Source: Candidatus Bathyarchaeota archaeon
Lineage (GTDB): Archaea > Thermoproteota > Bathyarchaeia > TCS64
Reading direction: 5' to 3'
Assembly: GCA_041304265.1 (NCBI GenBank)
Contig: JBFYNQ010000076.1
Span: 6,821 to 70,820 of the forward strand
Length of the DNA: 64,000 nucleotides
Part shown: piece by piece, positions 54,499 through 64,000 of the stretch
Numbering within the stretch: the stretch's first letter is position 1
Layout of the letters: every line of letters starts with the position of its first letter
Made by a program: the position numbers and the translations under genes
Notes under the pieces: model-generated
Databases searched by the model: none
Told to the model about the DNA's origin: nothing
What the model saw: the letters and a program-made list of their open reading frames with translations, nothing else

Positions 54499-55379
54499 AG
54501 CTTCCAGCCTTTTGGCACAAGCTTCGCGATGTTGACGTTGAGCGGAGCCGCCACCGTGCGTGCAACGGGCTCGCATTTCGTGCGGAAGATGTACATGAGT
54601 GGACAGGGGGCGGGGATTTCGGTGAGGGTCTCCCAGTTCGCCATCCCCTTGGCGATGATGATGTCCGAGCCGTAGAAGCGCGAGTTGAACTCGCCACTCG
54701 TCTCCTCGAGGTTGACGCCTATCGCGTCAGCGCCCGTCGTGATGACCTCGTTGGCTTCCTTCGTCATGCCCACGGCTTCTGCATCCTCCATGAGTGCGTC
54801 ATTAAGGCTCGGCCCCGCCTTGACGGCAACAGTCACGACTGCGCCAAGTCTGCGCAGCTCACGGACGATGAGCGTGTCGAAGGCGATCTCCCCCGCATTG
54901 TCGGTGAGGAGCAGGACATTCGCGCCCCTCTTGATGAGCTTTCTGAGCTTCTCGGAGTCGTCGATAGCGAAGCCCTCCTCGAGGCCCTTTAGTGCCTCCT
55001 GTATGTCGGCGTTGTGCCCGGGGACATCGAACTCGATGACATTTCCGATGCAGGCGACCATAAGCGCCGCGTAGAGGCGCTTTGCAGGTGGGTGTTTGTC
55101 GACGTACTCCCTCATCTTGGGGAGTATCTCAACGGCGAGGGTATTGGACTTCGTCTTGAGGTCGGCGTATGGGTCCGTGCATCCGGTGATGGTCTTGATG
55201 ACCCTGCAGCGCTCGGCGCCAATGTAGCTTGGCACGGCGTCTGGGTGATAGCGCTTACCGAGCATCTCTAATAAGGCGGACATGGCTTTGACTCGCCTCT
55301 TCTCGTCCTTTGTGCTGCGCTGAATGATCTTGTGTCCGCGATGTAATATGCAGTAGCCGCACTCTGAGCCGACCTTCAT
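54495..55379 (-). CDS. DUF89 family protein (damage-control phosphatase, ARMT1-like)
   Basis: From ATG 55379: MKVGSECGYCILHRG. Motifs GNVIEFD, LLTDNAGEIAFD and AKGMANWETL. Confidence 0.7.
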   Translation of the reverse strand: MKVGSECGYCILHRGHKIIQRSTKDEKRRVKAMSALLEMLGKRYHPDAVPSYIGAERCRVIKTITGCTDPYADLKTKSNTLAVEILPKMREYVDKHPPAKRLYAALMVACIGNVIEFDVPGHNADIQEALKGLEEGFAIDDSEKLRKLIKRGANVLLLTDNAGEIAFDTLIVRELRRLGAVVTVAVKAGPSLNDALMEDAEAVGMTKEANEVITTGADAIGVNLEETSGEFNSRFYGSDIIIAKGMANWETLTEIPAPCPLMYIFRTKCEPVARTVAAPLNVNIAKLVPKGWKL

Positions 55380-56106
55380 CTGGATCACGAGGGTGGGTGT
55401 GCGGGGGGATTTATGGTTTGGGTGTATAGCGGATACTTTCGGTGTTCGATGCCCGCCCCTCAATCAACCTTCTTCTCTAAGAGATGTTCTGAGGTTTTCC
55501 TCTAAAAGGGGGGGACCCGAAGCGACCTCTTTTCGGGTTTATGTCTTCGTCATGAAGTTGTAGAGGACCTTCATCACGAGTCCGAAAACGGCCCACTCGA
55601 CAATGACTATTACTGGGGTCCACATGGTGTAAATGTTTTCCAGCACTTGTTCACCATATACTTTCACCGACCGGGGTATATAGGTCATCCTACGAGTTTA
55701 TGTAAATTTATGCGGATATGAATATATTTTTTAACATGAACATTGAAAAAATGAGGGTTTCGGATCGACCGCGGATTGATAAATCATAGGAAAATAGGTA
55801 AACACCATGGCTTCTGCTCTTCGTCTATGTCATTAATTCTTTCTAAAGGCTTAGACTCCGGATAGGTTCATGCGATTTTTCAAAGACCACCTACCCGAGT
55901 CGTATACACTGATCCTGAAGGCGGACTGAAGGGCTCAAACCGTGACCTTGGTACGCTCTACTGCGTGGTCAACGCGGCGAGTGGGGAGGGTGATCGTCCT
56001 GGAGTGCACATCCATCTATGTGACTGGTTCCCCACGACCGTCAACAAGACGTGAGACTGTTTCAGGGATATACTTTTCAGCGTCGCCCCGTGTAACCTCC
56101 CCAGCG

Positions 56107-56688
56107 GTGTGGTGTTTGGCGAGGCAGTACAACATCCTAGCGACAACTGAGAGGATAAACGAGGACAGGGCGGGTAGCGAACTCTGGATGCTTCTGCGCG
56201 CCGCGGGCGACGATACGCCCAAGGTGGAGCGGATGGGTATCTGGGGCATACTAGTCGCCAAGACTAACCTCGACCCCCCTGAGGCTGTCGCCAAGATCCG
56301 CGAGGAGTTCATAAAGAAGCCAGACGGGGTGCAAGCGCTTTTCCGCGTCATCCCAATTCAGCGCCTCGTTCCCACGACGCTTGACGAAATAGTCAAAGCT
56401 GCTACTGAGCTCGGCACCGTAATCCCCTCCGACGCGAGCTATCGCATAACCGTGGGGAAGCGCCGCGTTAAACTCGGCAGCCATGAGATAATCGACGCCG
56501 TCGCCGACAAGTTCACCCAGAAAGTTAACCTCGATAACCCAGACTGGGTCATACTCATCGAAACGGCGGGCAAGCAGACGGGCGTCTCAGTCGTCCGCCC
56601 ATCCAGCACTTTGAACGTCCAAAAGGAGCGTGTCCGACTAGCGGCGGAGGCTAAGAAGCGCACCGCGCTCGACGATAAGACCGCCTAA
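56107..56688 (+). CDS. THUMP domain protein
   Basis: NILATTE...ELWMLL... N-terminal ferredoxin-like part. THUMP core RVIPIQRLVPTTLDEI...SYRITVGKRRVKL...NLDNPDWVILIE. The start is uncertain (in-frame GTG 56107 or TTG 56116); the track start at 55942 is probably too far upstream. Confidence 0.6.
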   Translation: MWCLARQYNILATTERINEDRAGSELWMLLRAAGDDTPKVERMGIWGILVAKTNLDPPEAVAKIREEFIKKPDGVQALFRVIPIQRLVPTTLDEIVKAATELGTVIPSDASYRITVGKRRVKLGSHEIIDAVADKFTQKVNLDNPDWVILIETAGKQTGVSVVRPSSTLNVQKERVRLAAEAKKRTALDDKTA

Positions 56689-57198
56689 GGCCTTATCTCC
56701 ACCCGCGGCGTCCAACTCGGCGTCGGATATCCCGTATGCCTTCTTTAGTATGGTTGCCTTTTCGTCATTCAGTTCAAGAACGCCATCGTCCTCCTCCCCT
56801 AGAAGCTTCGACACCTTCCTATAGGCGCTCTTTACCTCTGCCTGGCTCGGGGAAAACACCATCAGTGCGATCACCTTTGTCTTCGCCGAGACGCCGAGCA
56901 TGTCAAGCGCCTTCGTGATCTGGTCCTGCGCCGACGCGTATAGGAGCGCCTCGATGGTGATGTTCTTCGACAAAGCTAGCCCAGTCTCGGTGGAACGTGC
57001 TGCGTTGACCGCCGCCAGCCAGAGGTGGTCTCTTCCGGCGACGCGTCCGGCATCCACTATTTGCGCCGCGTGGGGAGAAGCGATTTCACCCACCAGCTTA
57101 ACGAGCGTTTTCGGGTCAGAAACCTGTAACCTGAATCCGCCTATGGCGACGAAGAAACGCGAATCCTTGACACCCGAAATCCACATGACTGAACCCAA
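56638..57198 (-). CDS. cgi121: KEOPS complex subunit Cgi121
   Basis: Collinear with M. jannaschii Cgi121 from memory: QIVDAGRVAGRDHLWLAAVNA...IEALLYASAQDQITKALDMLGV...DDGVLELNDEK. Confidence 0.65.
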   Translation of the reverse strand: MGSVMWISGVKDSRFFVAIGGFRLQVSDPKTLVKLVGEIASPHAAQIVDAGRVAGRDHLWLAAVNAARSTETGLALSKNITIEALLYASAQDQITKALDMLGVSAKTKVIALMVFSPSQAEVKSAYRKVSKLLGEEDDGVLELNDEKATILKKAYGISDAELDAAGGDKALGGLIVERGALLSLRR

Positions 57199-57228
57199 GC
57201 AGACAAACAGTAGACCGGGTTATAGCCG

Positions 57229-58332
57229 TTATTCCCGAGAGAGGACGGAGAGGAGTCTATCCACCTCCTCCTCTGTGTTGTAGAAGTCGACGGCACAGCG
57301 TATCCCAGTGGGGCGCAGGCTCAGGTAGAAGTTATCAGCTCTTAGCTTCTTGAAGGTAGTATCAGTGTCCTTGGTCGAGAAGCTGACGACACCTGAACGC
57401 ATCTCCTTCTCCTTCGGCGAGGCGATGCTAACGCCGAGGTGGTCGAGACCGTCATAGAGGCGCTGCGCCAGCTTCAGCACGCGCCCCTCGATCGCCGTCG
57501 GCCCGATGTCCAGAATCATCTTCACCGCAGCCATCGTGCCCACGGTGCTCAGGTAGCTCGGCTCACCAAGCTCGTACTTCTTGGCGCTCGCCTTGAGCCG
57601 GGGCCGTTCCATGTCGTGCTCCTCCACCGAGCGGTACCCGATCTGCACCGGCTCCAACTCGTTGATCAGATCCTTCTTGACGTAGAGGAAGCCTGCGCCG
57701 CTGCAGCCGACGAGCCACTTGTAGCCCCCGCAAGCGTAAAAGTCGACGCCGAGCCTCTTCACGTCCACCTTGACGGCACCCGCCGCCTGTATCCCGTCGA
57801 CGACGAAGTACGCCCCGTGCGCGTGCGCCACCTCTGCGAATGCTCGGAGGTCATGGCGGGCACCCGTAAGCCATTCCACGTGGCTCATCGAGATTGCCTT
57901 CGTCTTATCGTCCACAGCCTTCTCGAGGTCGTCTAGGCGCACGGCTCCCCCCCGACCCTTGACGACGCGCACCTCGACCCCCCTCTGCCTCTGCGATATC
58001 CATGGGTAGAGGTTCGCCGGGTTCTCGAGGTCGTTGACGACGACGTTGTCCCCCTCCTTGAAGCGAAGCGCCTCGGCGACTGTCGCGAGCCCCTGCGAGG
58101 TGTTGGGCTGGCTGCACGCCTCCTCCGGCGTCGCACCGACGAGCTTTGCCCAAGTCGCCACCGCCTCCTCCGTCCGGGCGTCCCCTCTCCTGTCCAGCCT
58201 GTCCCAGTCGAGGAGGTAACCCCTGATCGCCTCCTGCACGGGCACGCAGGGGGGGCTGTGGTTCGCAATATCGAAGAAGGTTGTATTCTTCGTCACGGGG
58301 AAGAGATTTTCCCTGATCTTCTGGACGTTCAT
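57229..58332 (-). CDS. class V aminotransferase-fold PLP enzyme (cysteine desulfurase/SepCysS-like family member, function open)
   Basis: Fold-type I pattern with the putative PLP lysine in ACGGYKWLVG. 367 aa. Confidence 0.6.
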   Translation of the reverse strand: MNVQKIRENLFPVTKNTTFFDIANHSPPCVPVQEAIRGYLLDWDRLDRRGDARTEEAVATWAKLVGATPEEACSQPNTSQGLATVAEALRFKEGDNVVVNDLENPANLYPWISQRQRGVEVRVVKGRGGAVRLDDLEKAVDDKTKAISMSHVEWLTGARHDLRAFAEVAHAHGAYFVVDGIQAAGAVKVDVKRLGVDFYACGGYKWLVGCSGAGFLYVKKDLINELEPVQIGYRSVEEHDMERPRLKASAKKYELGEPSYLSTVGTMAAVKMILDIGPTAIEGRVLKLAQRLYDGLDHLGVSIASPKEKEMRSGVVSFSTKDTDTTFKKLRADNFYLSLRPTGIRCAVDFYNTEEEVDRLLSVLSRE

Positions 58333-58365
58333 GGTGCTAAGAGAGGGTCATGCCTGGTTAAAGGG

Positions 58366-59217
58366 TTAGCCCGCGACAAGCGCCGTGTACTCGGCGACGC
58401 GGTTGAGGCAAAGCCTCTCCGCAGTCTCGACTGAGGGCAAGTTGTCCGCCCAGCAGTGCCAGCCGACGCGCCTGATTCCCACACCCGCGGCGTGTCTGAA
58501 CATCGCCGAGGCGACAAGTGTCGCCAGTCCCCTACGCCTGTACTCAGGCGCAGTCTCTATACCAACCTCACATCTGTCCCCGAGGTTGTACTCGCTCATG
58601 CACCAGCAGGCAAATCCCCCGTCGTGGATCGTGGCGAAGCCGAATCCCTTAGCGAGGAACTCCTCTACAGAGGTCCTCTCGGAGCATATCTCCTCCCTAA
58701 CCCAGTCGGTGTGCACGAGATCCCTGCCGAGTAGCTCTTCCGTTATGCGCTCCACGACGTACCCGTCGGGGGGGTTGATGACATAGCTACGCGTCGTCGG
58801 GTCGTCCTCGTAGTAGAGCCTCCCCCTATGCTTCACCCCGTAACCGGAGAGTAGTTTTTCTGCTCCCTCGAGCGCTTCGGGGCTCGGGTAGGTAACGAAT
58901 CGTTTGTGTGTCTTTGTGAACTCAGCGAGTGGCTCAGCGAAGCCTCTGCCGATATCCCCAGCGAGGTAGAGCCTGTGTCCCGCCCACGTCATGGCGGCTC
59001 GTCGCTCCTCGGAGTCGACAAACATCCTCGCCGCCGTGGCGCCTGCGAGTATCGACTCAACGGCGAGATGTATGCCCATGCCATCCCAGAGGCGCCCAGC
59101 GCGCCGGGGCTCTATCTCGTTCAACGTGGACAGAACTGGACCGGCCCCGGATTTAAGTGGGTCACCCACTCCCAGCCCCCGCGATACCCTTTTACAGGGC
59201 GCCACCCCAAAAGCCAA
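58366..59217 (-). CDS. GNAT family acetyltransferase (C-terminal GNAT domain); start uncertain
   Basis: C-terminal EYRRRGLATLVASAMFRHAAGVGIRRVGWHCWADNLPSVETAERL carries the acetyl-CoA motif R/Q-x-x-G-x-A. The track start leaves only 12 nt to the divergent SSB gene, so an internal Met (for example 59079) is plausible. Confidence 0.6.
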   Translation of the reverse strand: MAFGVAPCKRVSRGLGVGDPLKSGAGPVLSTLNEIEPRRAGRLWDGMGIHLAVESILAGATAARMFVDSEERRAAMTWAGHRLYLAGDIGRGFAEPLAEFTKTHKRFVTYPSPEALEGAEKLLSGYGVKHRGRLYYEDDPTTRSYVINPPDGYVVERITEELLGRDLVHTDWVREEICSERTSVEEFLAKGFGFATIHDGGFACWCMSEYNLGDRCEVGIETAPEYRRRGLATLVASAMFRHAAGVGIRRVGWHCWADNLPSVETAERLCLNRVAEYTALVAG

Positions 59218-59229
59218 GGGAGTGAGAGA

Positions 59230-59652
59230 ATGTCAGCATTCGATGTAGACGAGGAGGCCGGCCCAATGAAGATCGCCGACCTCAACCAGTACAGCAGAGA
59301 GATCAACGTAGTAGTCAAGGTCATCAGCAAGACGGATATACGCGCCGTCACAACGAAGATGGACGAGACCCAGCACAGGGTCTGCGAGGCGCTAGTAGCC
59401 GATGACACTGGCGCCATCTACCTCACCCTCTGGGACGAGGCAATCGACAAGATACAGGAGGACATGGTCATCGCAATAAATAACGCATACATGAACACCT
59501 TTAAGGGCAGCATGAGGCTCAACATCGGCAGGTACGGCAGCTACGAGCCCGTTGAGACGCCGTGGCCCGACGTCAACCTTGACAACAACCTGTCCGCGAA
59601 GCGCGTCGAGTCGGACGCACCCCCGCGCGGCTTTGGCAGGGGCAGGTACTGA
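59230..59652 (+). CDS. ssb: single OB-fold ssDNA-binding protein (crenarchaeal-type SSB) with RG-rich tail
   Basis: From ATG 59230: MSAFDVDEEAGPMKIADLNQYSREINVVVKVIS...VCEALVADDTGAIYLTLWDE... (OB fold), ending in the tail PPRGFGRGRY. The upstream part of track ORF 58906..59652 is antisense to the GNAT gene. Confidence 0.65.
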   Translation: MSAFDVDEEAGPMKIADLNQYSREINVVVKVISKTDIRAVTTKMDETQHRVCEALVADDTGAIYLTLWDEAIDKIQEDMVIAINNAYMNTFKGSMRLNIGRYGSYEPVETPWPDVNLDNNLSAKRVESDAPPRGFGRGRY

Positions 59653-59682
59653 TTTTAACCCCCCGCAACAACTAATCAGTCT

Positions 59683-60180
59683 ATGTCCGAGATAACAGTA
59701 CTCGAAACAAGCAAGGGCAGCTTTGAGATCACTCTCGACAGGGCTAAGGCCCCCGTCACGGTGGACAACTTCGTGAAGTACGTCAAGGAGGGCTTCTTCG
59801 ACGGCACGATCTTCCATCGCGTCATCCCCGGATTCATGATACAGGGAGGCGGCTTCACCCCCGATGGTAACCAGAAGAGGACCCGCCAGGCGATACGCCT
59901 CGAGTCAAAGAACGAGCTAAAGAACGCGAAGGGCACTATCGCCATGGCTAGGACGAACGACCCCGACTCCGCCACAAGCCAGTTCTTCATAAACCTCATA
60001 GACAATAGTTTCCTCAATGCGTCCCCGGGCAACCAGGGCTACGCTGTCTTCGGCAAGGTCACAGCCGGCATGGAGGTCGTGGATGAGATAGCAAAGGTGC
60101 GCACAGGCCCTCACCCGCCTCACAGTGACTGGCCCCGCGAGGACGTCGTCATAAAGCGTGCCTCGATGAAGGCCGCGTAA
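59683..60180 (+). CDS. cyclophilin-type peptidyl-prolyl cis-trans isomerase
   Basis: FHRVIPGFMIQGGGF, MARTNDPDSATSQFFI, FGKV..GMEVVD. Confidence 0.9.
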   Translation: MSEITVLETSKGSFEITLDRAKAPVTVDNFVKYVKEGFFDGTIFHRVIPGFMIQGGGFTPDGNQKRTRQAIRLESKNELKNAKGTIAMARTNDPDSATSQFFINLIDNSFLNASPGNQGYAVFGKVTAGMEVVDEIAKVRTGPHPPHSDWPREDVVIKRASMKAA

Positions 60181-60224
60181 ACCATTTTTTAAGCACACCC
60201 CGACACCCTTCTACCCGATACAAG

Positions 60225-61130
60225 TTGGTCGAGAACCTACGAGTCGCCCTTGACAAGTTCCCATACAGCGGCCAATACGGCCTCAAAGAGGTAGGCATAC
60301 AGGCCGACGCCCTCGAACAGGGCGGACTACCCGAACTACTCAAGAAGAATAACTGCACCGTCGAGGAGGTATTCGCGACAAAGCTCACCGCTGACGAGGA
60401 GAAGCAGTACGGAGAGATCAACCACCTCGGCCTCGCCAACAGGCACCTCGCTGACGCCGTCTCCGCCCAGCTCAAGAAGGGCGTCTTCCCCCTCGGACTC
60501 CTCCAGAACTGCAACGGCCTTATGGGTATGCTCGCCGGCGTCCAGCGCAGCGGTGGCTGGAAGCCCCTCAAGGTGGGGCTCGTCTGGATAGACGCCCACG
60601 GCGACTTCAACACCCCTGAGACGACGTACAGCGGCATGCTCGGCGGGATGCCAGTGGCGATAAGCTGCGGTTTCTGCTACGATCGCCTCCGCCGCCAATG
60701 CGGCCTTGACCCCGCGCTGCCCCCCAAGTACGTCACCATGGTCGCCGTCAGGGACACGGACCCCTACGAGCAGGACACCATCGACCGCTACGACATCGCC
60801 CAGATCACCGTCGACGACCTCAAGGGCGACAGCCCTGCAGTCGATATGGAGATGGAGCGCCTCAGCACCCTCTGCGACAAGATATATGTCCACGTTGATG
60901 CCGACGTCCTTGACCCGGCGGACATACCCGGCGCGGGGCTGCCTGTCGCTAACGGGCCGACCGCCAAGGAACTCGCTGACGCCATCCAGGTCATGTTCGA
61001 GTACCCCAAGGCAGCCGCCTTCGGCGTCGCCAGCTACCCAGCAGCACGTGACCCAGACAAGAAGGCGCTTAAATCTGTCTACATGCTATACGAGGCGGCG
61101 GTAAAAGGGGCGCAGAGTCGGGTAGATTAG
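60225..61130 (+). CDS. arginase/agmatinase/formimidoylglutamase (ureohydrolase) family protein
   Basis: Mn-binding motifs WIDAHGDFNTPETT, VRDTDPYE and VHVDADVLDP. TTG start. Confidence 0.7.
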   Translation: MVENLRVALDKFPYSGQYGLKEVGIQADALEQGGLPELLKKNNCTVEEVFATKLTADEEKQYGEINHLGLANRHLADAVSAQLKKGVFPLGLLQNCNGLMGMLAGVQRSGGWKPLKVGLVWIDAHGDFNTPETTYSGMLGGMPVAISCGFCYDRLRRQCGLDPALPPKYVTMVAVRDTDPYEQDTIDRYDIAQITVDDLKGDSPAVDMEMERLSTLCDKIYVHVDADVLDPADIPGAGLPVANGPTAKELADAIQVMFEYPKAAAFGVASYPAARDPDKKALKSVYMLYEAAVKGAQSRVD

Positions 61131-62548
61131 ACGACCAGCGTCTCTCGCTCGACCCGCCTCTTGGCAACGCTCAGGTCGCTGCACTTGAAGCCACGGCCTC
61201 CGTAGAGCGTTGCGTACTCCTTATCCTCGTTGACCGCGTCAACTATGCGGCCCAACGCGTCACTCTTCATGATGCCGCTCCCACTCGCGGCGCCGACGTA
61301 GATGATGCCGGACCCCGCCTCGACTACGGGCGTCTGGTCGAAGCCGTTTATGGCGTACTGGCCAGCCCAGCTGTTCGCGGGGCGGACATCTTCGAAGCAG
61401 GGTAGATACTGGACGAGGGCGTGGTAGATGTTGTTTGAGTAGTAGTCGTCTTCTGGCTGCGGGTCATCCTCAAGCTCGAACTTGCGCCCAAGGTTGTCGG
61501 CGCAGGCGAGCCAGATGCTCTCCTCGCTCACCTCCCCCTTGAGGAGTATGCCCGCCGTGGGGAGGATGGTGACTGGTAGCTTGTTGTCGTCGTTGAAGTC
61601 CTTCGTGTTGAGTAGCCTGCCAAGCTTGGGGTCCTTAAAGGCGAATATCTGCCTCTTTTTCGGCCTCATGAGACAGTCAAAGCCTATGGGGTCGAGGACC
61701 TTGCCCGCCCAGACTCCGCATGCGACGACGGTCGTCTCCGCGAGTATGCGCCCCTTCGACGTGTCGGCGCCGGCTATGCGGCTCTCCTGCCAGACGAAGG
61801 GCTCACCGGGGATGCCCAGCGGCTCCACGGGATCGTGGAGGAGTTTCGTCGCCTCCGTGTTGTAGTGTATCTCACCCCCGATCTTCAAGAACTCCGCTTC
61901 GTACGCCTTGACGAGCCTGTCGACGTCGACGCTACCGCACTTGGGGCCAAAGACTCCCATCTCGACATCCTCAAGCGCCATCATTTGGGACTCCTCGCTA
62001 TCGTCGAACTCGGTTACGAGGTCGGGCATCATCACCTTCAGCTCCTCGCTGCTGTACTCGAGGATACGTGCCCCCCTCCTCTTGGCGACGTCGAAGGGGG
62101 CGCGGCGCTCCCTGTACTCGTCCTCGGGGAGGAGCCAGAGGTAGCCGAGCTCGTGCAGCCCCACGTCGTACTCCATGTCCTCCTTCAGGTGGTGGAACCA
62201 GTCTATCGTCGAGTCCGCGAGGAGGTAATTTGTCTCGCTCGCGAAGAGGTTTCTGTACCCCCCCTCGCTCTTTGCGCTGTTACCCTGCCCGGGGCCGCTC
62301 AGCTTCTCGACCACGACTACCTTCCTTGAGGGGTCGCGCTTCTTCAGGTAATACGCAGAGCTGAGCCCGAGGACTCCTGCGCCGACGACGAGGACGTCAG
62401 TCTCCAAAGTTGCAGTCGATATGCGTGTCGGTATCTTGGTTAATAGATTATCTCCCACGACGCGGGGCAGATTCGTTGATTGCCGTTTCACCTGGCACGA
62501 TAGTATAATATCTTGCTCCTGTGGAGTACACCCCGACATGTTCGCCAA
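61127..62548 (-). CDS. FAD-dependent oxidoreductase (DAO family)
   Basis: DVLVVGAGVLGLSSAYYL...VVVEK dinucleotide fold ~50 aa from the track start. The start is uncertain because it overlaps the divergent MBL gene start. Confidence 0.6.
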   Translation of the reverse strand: MANMSGCTPQEQDIILSCQVKRQSTNLPRVVGDNLLTKIPTRISTATLETDVLVVGAGVLGLSSAYYLKKRDPSRKVVVVEKLSGPGQGNSAKSEGGYRNLFASETNYLLADSTIDWFHHLKEDMEYDVGLHELGYLWLLPEDEYRERRAPFDVAKRRGARILEYSSEELKVMMPDLVTEFDDSEESQMMALEDVEMGVFGPKCGSVDVDRLVKAYEAEFLKIGGEIHYNTEATKLLHDPVEPLGIPGEPFVWQESRIAGADTSKGRILAETTVVACGVWAGKVLDPIGFDCLMRPKKRQIFAFKDPKLGRLLNTKDFNDDNKLPVTILPTAGILLKGEVSEESIWLACADNLGRKFELEDDPQPEDDYYSNNIYHALVQYLPCFEDVRPANSWAGQYAINGFDQTPVVEAGSGIIYVGAASGSGIMKSDALGRIVDAVNEDKEYATLYGGRGFKCSDLSVAKRRVERETLVV

Positions 62549-63461
62549 GGCATCAAAAGAAGAGAATGTGATAGTCCCGAAGGGTTGGTGGGAGAGCCTC
62601 CCCCGAAAAGTCTACTCGACGCTTGAGCGCGTCAAGACGAGCCAGCCATGGTTCGAGGTCTATAAGCTGAATGAGAAGACGTGGGCTATATACGAACCCT
62701 TCCAGTTCGAGGAGACCCTGAGCTACCTCGTCGAGGGAGATAAGAAGGCGATACTCATCGACACAGGCGATGGCATCGGCGACATAAAAAAGCTCTGCGA
62801 AGAGCTGACGAAGCTACCCTTCTGGGTCGTGAACACGCACACTCACGTCGACCATGTAGCGCAGAACTATATGTTCAAGGATGTCTGGTGCTACGACGGT
62901 CCCATGGCCCACGAGGTCGCGGAGACGGGGTACCCGAACAGCAAGACGGCGCCGATGGTCGGCCCCGGTATGACTTGGAAGTCGCTCCCAAAGGGCTTCG
63001 ATGTCAAGAAGTGGGTCGTGCCCCCATACAAGGTGACTCACTGGATGAAGGACGGCGAGGTCATCGACTTAGGTGGTAGGAAGCTCGAGGTCATCTACAC
63101 GCCGGGCCATAGCAATGACCATGCCTGCCTACTTGACAGAAAGAACAGGTGGCTCTGGACGGGAGACATCTTCTACACGGGAGGCGTCTACACGTACCTC
63201 CCCGGCGGCGACCTTGACCAGTTCATCGAGAGCTACGAGAAGATGGTCAAACTCATGCCCGAGTTCGACTACCTAATGCCCAGCCATAACGAGCCGATGG
63301 TGCCAAAGGCGGTGCTCAAGACCGTACTCGAAAAGGCGAAGCTCATCCGCGCTGGGAAGGAGAAGAAGTACACGGAGGGCGTCGACGGCGGCGAGAAGAT
63401 AAGGCGCCACCAATATGAGAACTTCGCCATCATCACCTTCGAGAAGCAGATTAAGAAATAA
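62538..63461 (+). CDS. MBL-fold metallo-hydrolase
   Basis: From ATG 62538 (MFAKASKEEN...). HxHxDH motif NTHTHVDHV and a later TPGHS. Confidence 0.75.
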   Translation: MFAKASKEENVIVPKGWWESLPRKVYSTLERVKTSQPWFEVYKLNEKTWAIYEPFQFEETLSYLVEGDKKAILIDTGDGIGDIKKLCEELTKLPFWVVNTHTHVDHVAQNYMFKDVWCYDGPMAHEVAETGYPNSKTAPMVGPGMTWKSLPKGFDVKKWVVPPYKVTHWMKDGEVIDLGGRKLEVIYTPGHSNDHACLLDRKNRWLWTGDIFYTGGVYTYLPGGDLDQFIESYEKMVKLMPEFDYLMPSHNEPMVPKAVLKTVLEKAKLIRAGKEKKYTEGVDGGEKIRRHQYENFAIITFEKQIKK

Positions 63462-63473
63462 ACCCACAACTTC

Positions 63474-64000
63474 TCACGGTTTTATTCTCGTTGCCTTCAC
63501 AGTGCTCCCTATAAGTAGCCCGTTGAGGTTACCAGGCGTCATCATGGAGATTATCGTCACTTTTAGTCCTGCCTCCATCTCGGGGGCCAGTTCAGCGATC
63601 GCCGCGACCTTTCCCTTCATAGCACCGCTGGCGTCCCCGCTCGTGCCGCTCGCCGAAGCCAGTCCCTTGCTTAGGTTAACTTCAGGTATCAGGCACGCCG
63701 CTGGGTTCTTCTTCGGGTCGGAGTCGTAGACGCCGTCAACGTCCGTGGCGAAGACTAGGTCTGTCGCCTTAAGCTCGCGGGTGAGAATCGCAGCGACCTG
63801 GTCACCGCTGCCGACGCTGAATCCCATCTCAGTATCCGCGATAACGTCTCCGCCTAGGACGGGGACCATACCGATGGCAAGATAGCCCTTGACTGCGTCG
63901 AGGTTCATTGAGGTAATTCTCCCCTTTTCAGCAGTGGAGATGGAGGAGGTGTGGAAGAGGTTGACGGGGATGTCCTCGTCCTGCAGGGCTGTTGTGACGG
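63474..64000 (-). CDS. isopentenyl phosphate kinase-like amino-acid-kinase family protein (N-terminus beyond window end)
   Basis: The frame stays open from 63908 to 64000 (…VTTALQDEDIPVNLFHTSSISTAEKGRITSMNLDAV…). Motifs VPVLGGDVIAD, GSGDQVAA, ATDVDGVYDSDP and GDASGAMKGK resemble IPK. Confidence 0.55.
   Translation of the reverse strand, partial: VTTALQDEDIPVNLFHTSSISTAEKGRITSMNLDAVKGYLAIGMVPVLGGDVIADTEMGFSVGSGDQVAAILTRELKATDLVFATDVDGVYDSDPKKNPAACLIPEVNLSKGLASASGTSGDASGAMKGKVAAIAELAPEMEAGLKVTIISMMTPGNLNGLLIGSTVKATRIKP

Noticed and set aside
57905-58268. Arg/Gly-rich ORFs (82 aa and 111 aa) on the minus strand in other frames
   Set aside because: They are off-frame overlaps of the class V aminotransferase gene with low-complexity translations.
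58906-59229. N-terminal 108 codons of track ORF 58906..59652
   Set aside because: They are antisense to the GNAT gene. The OB-fold protein begins at the ATG at 59230.
1-64000. CRISPR arrays, rRNA genes, IS elements/transposases, integrases
   Set aside because: I found no regularly spaced direct repeats, no rRNA-like conserved blocks, and no DDE/tyrosine/serine recombinase-like ORFs while reading through the window and the ORF translations.

Overview
This is an archaeal chromosomal segment. Markers are a NurA-HerA-Mre11-Rad50 operon, an archaeal-type SRP/7S RNA, Cgi121, a DRG GTPase, a TFS-like factor, archease, isopentenyl phosphate kinase and an intron-containing tRNA. The lineage looks TACK/Thermoproteota-like, but that cannot be proven from this window. 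There are about 80 tightly packed genes, mostly housekeeping, redox/stress and transport functions. All G+C values are hand estimates. From about 6.2 kb onward the window is G+C-rich (roughly 55-65%). The first ~6.1 kb is clearly AT-rich and ends exactly at the 3' end of a tRNA(CAU) gene, so it looks like a horizontally acquired island that continues beyond the window start. Two RNA genes were found by reading the sequence: a tRNA with a ~31-nt insert at a non-canonical position, and an SRP RNA hidden under a spurious Arg/Pro-rich ORF. Several genes are decayed: a frameshifted DUF457 hydrolase, a Bcp peroxiredoxin pseudogene, an ABC ATPase C-terminal stub, and an ABC-3 permease stub abutting a NikR C-terminal stub. 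The best candidate for an undescribed system is a translationally coupled four-gene operon (27323-30325). It encodes alternating bitopic and polytopic membrane proteins with no motif I can recognise. Secondary candidates are a lower-G+C islet encoding an RHH / HTH / 94-aa trio (18108-19146) and a TFS paralog lacking the catalytic acidic loop. No CRISPR array, rRNA, transposase or integrase was seen. Many ORF-track starts use alternative codons or over-extend, so starts were trimmed where the sequence supported it.
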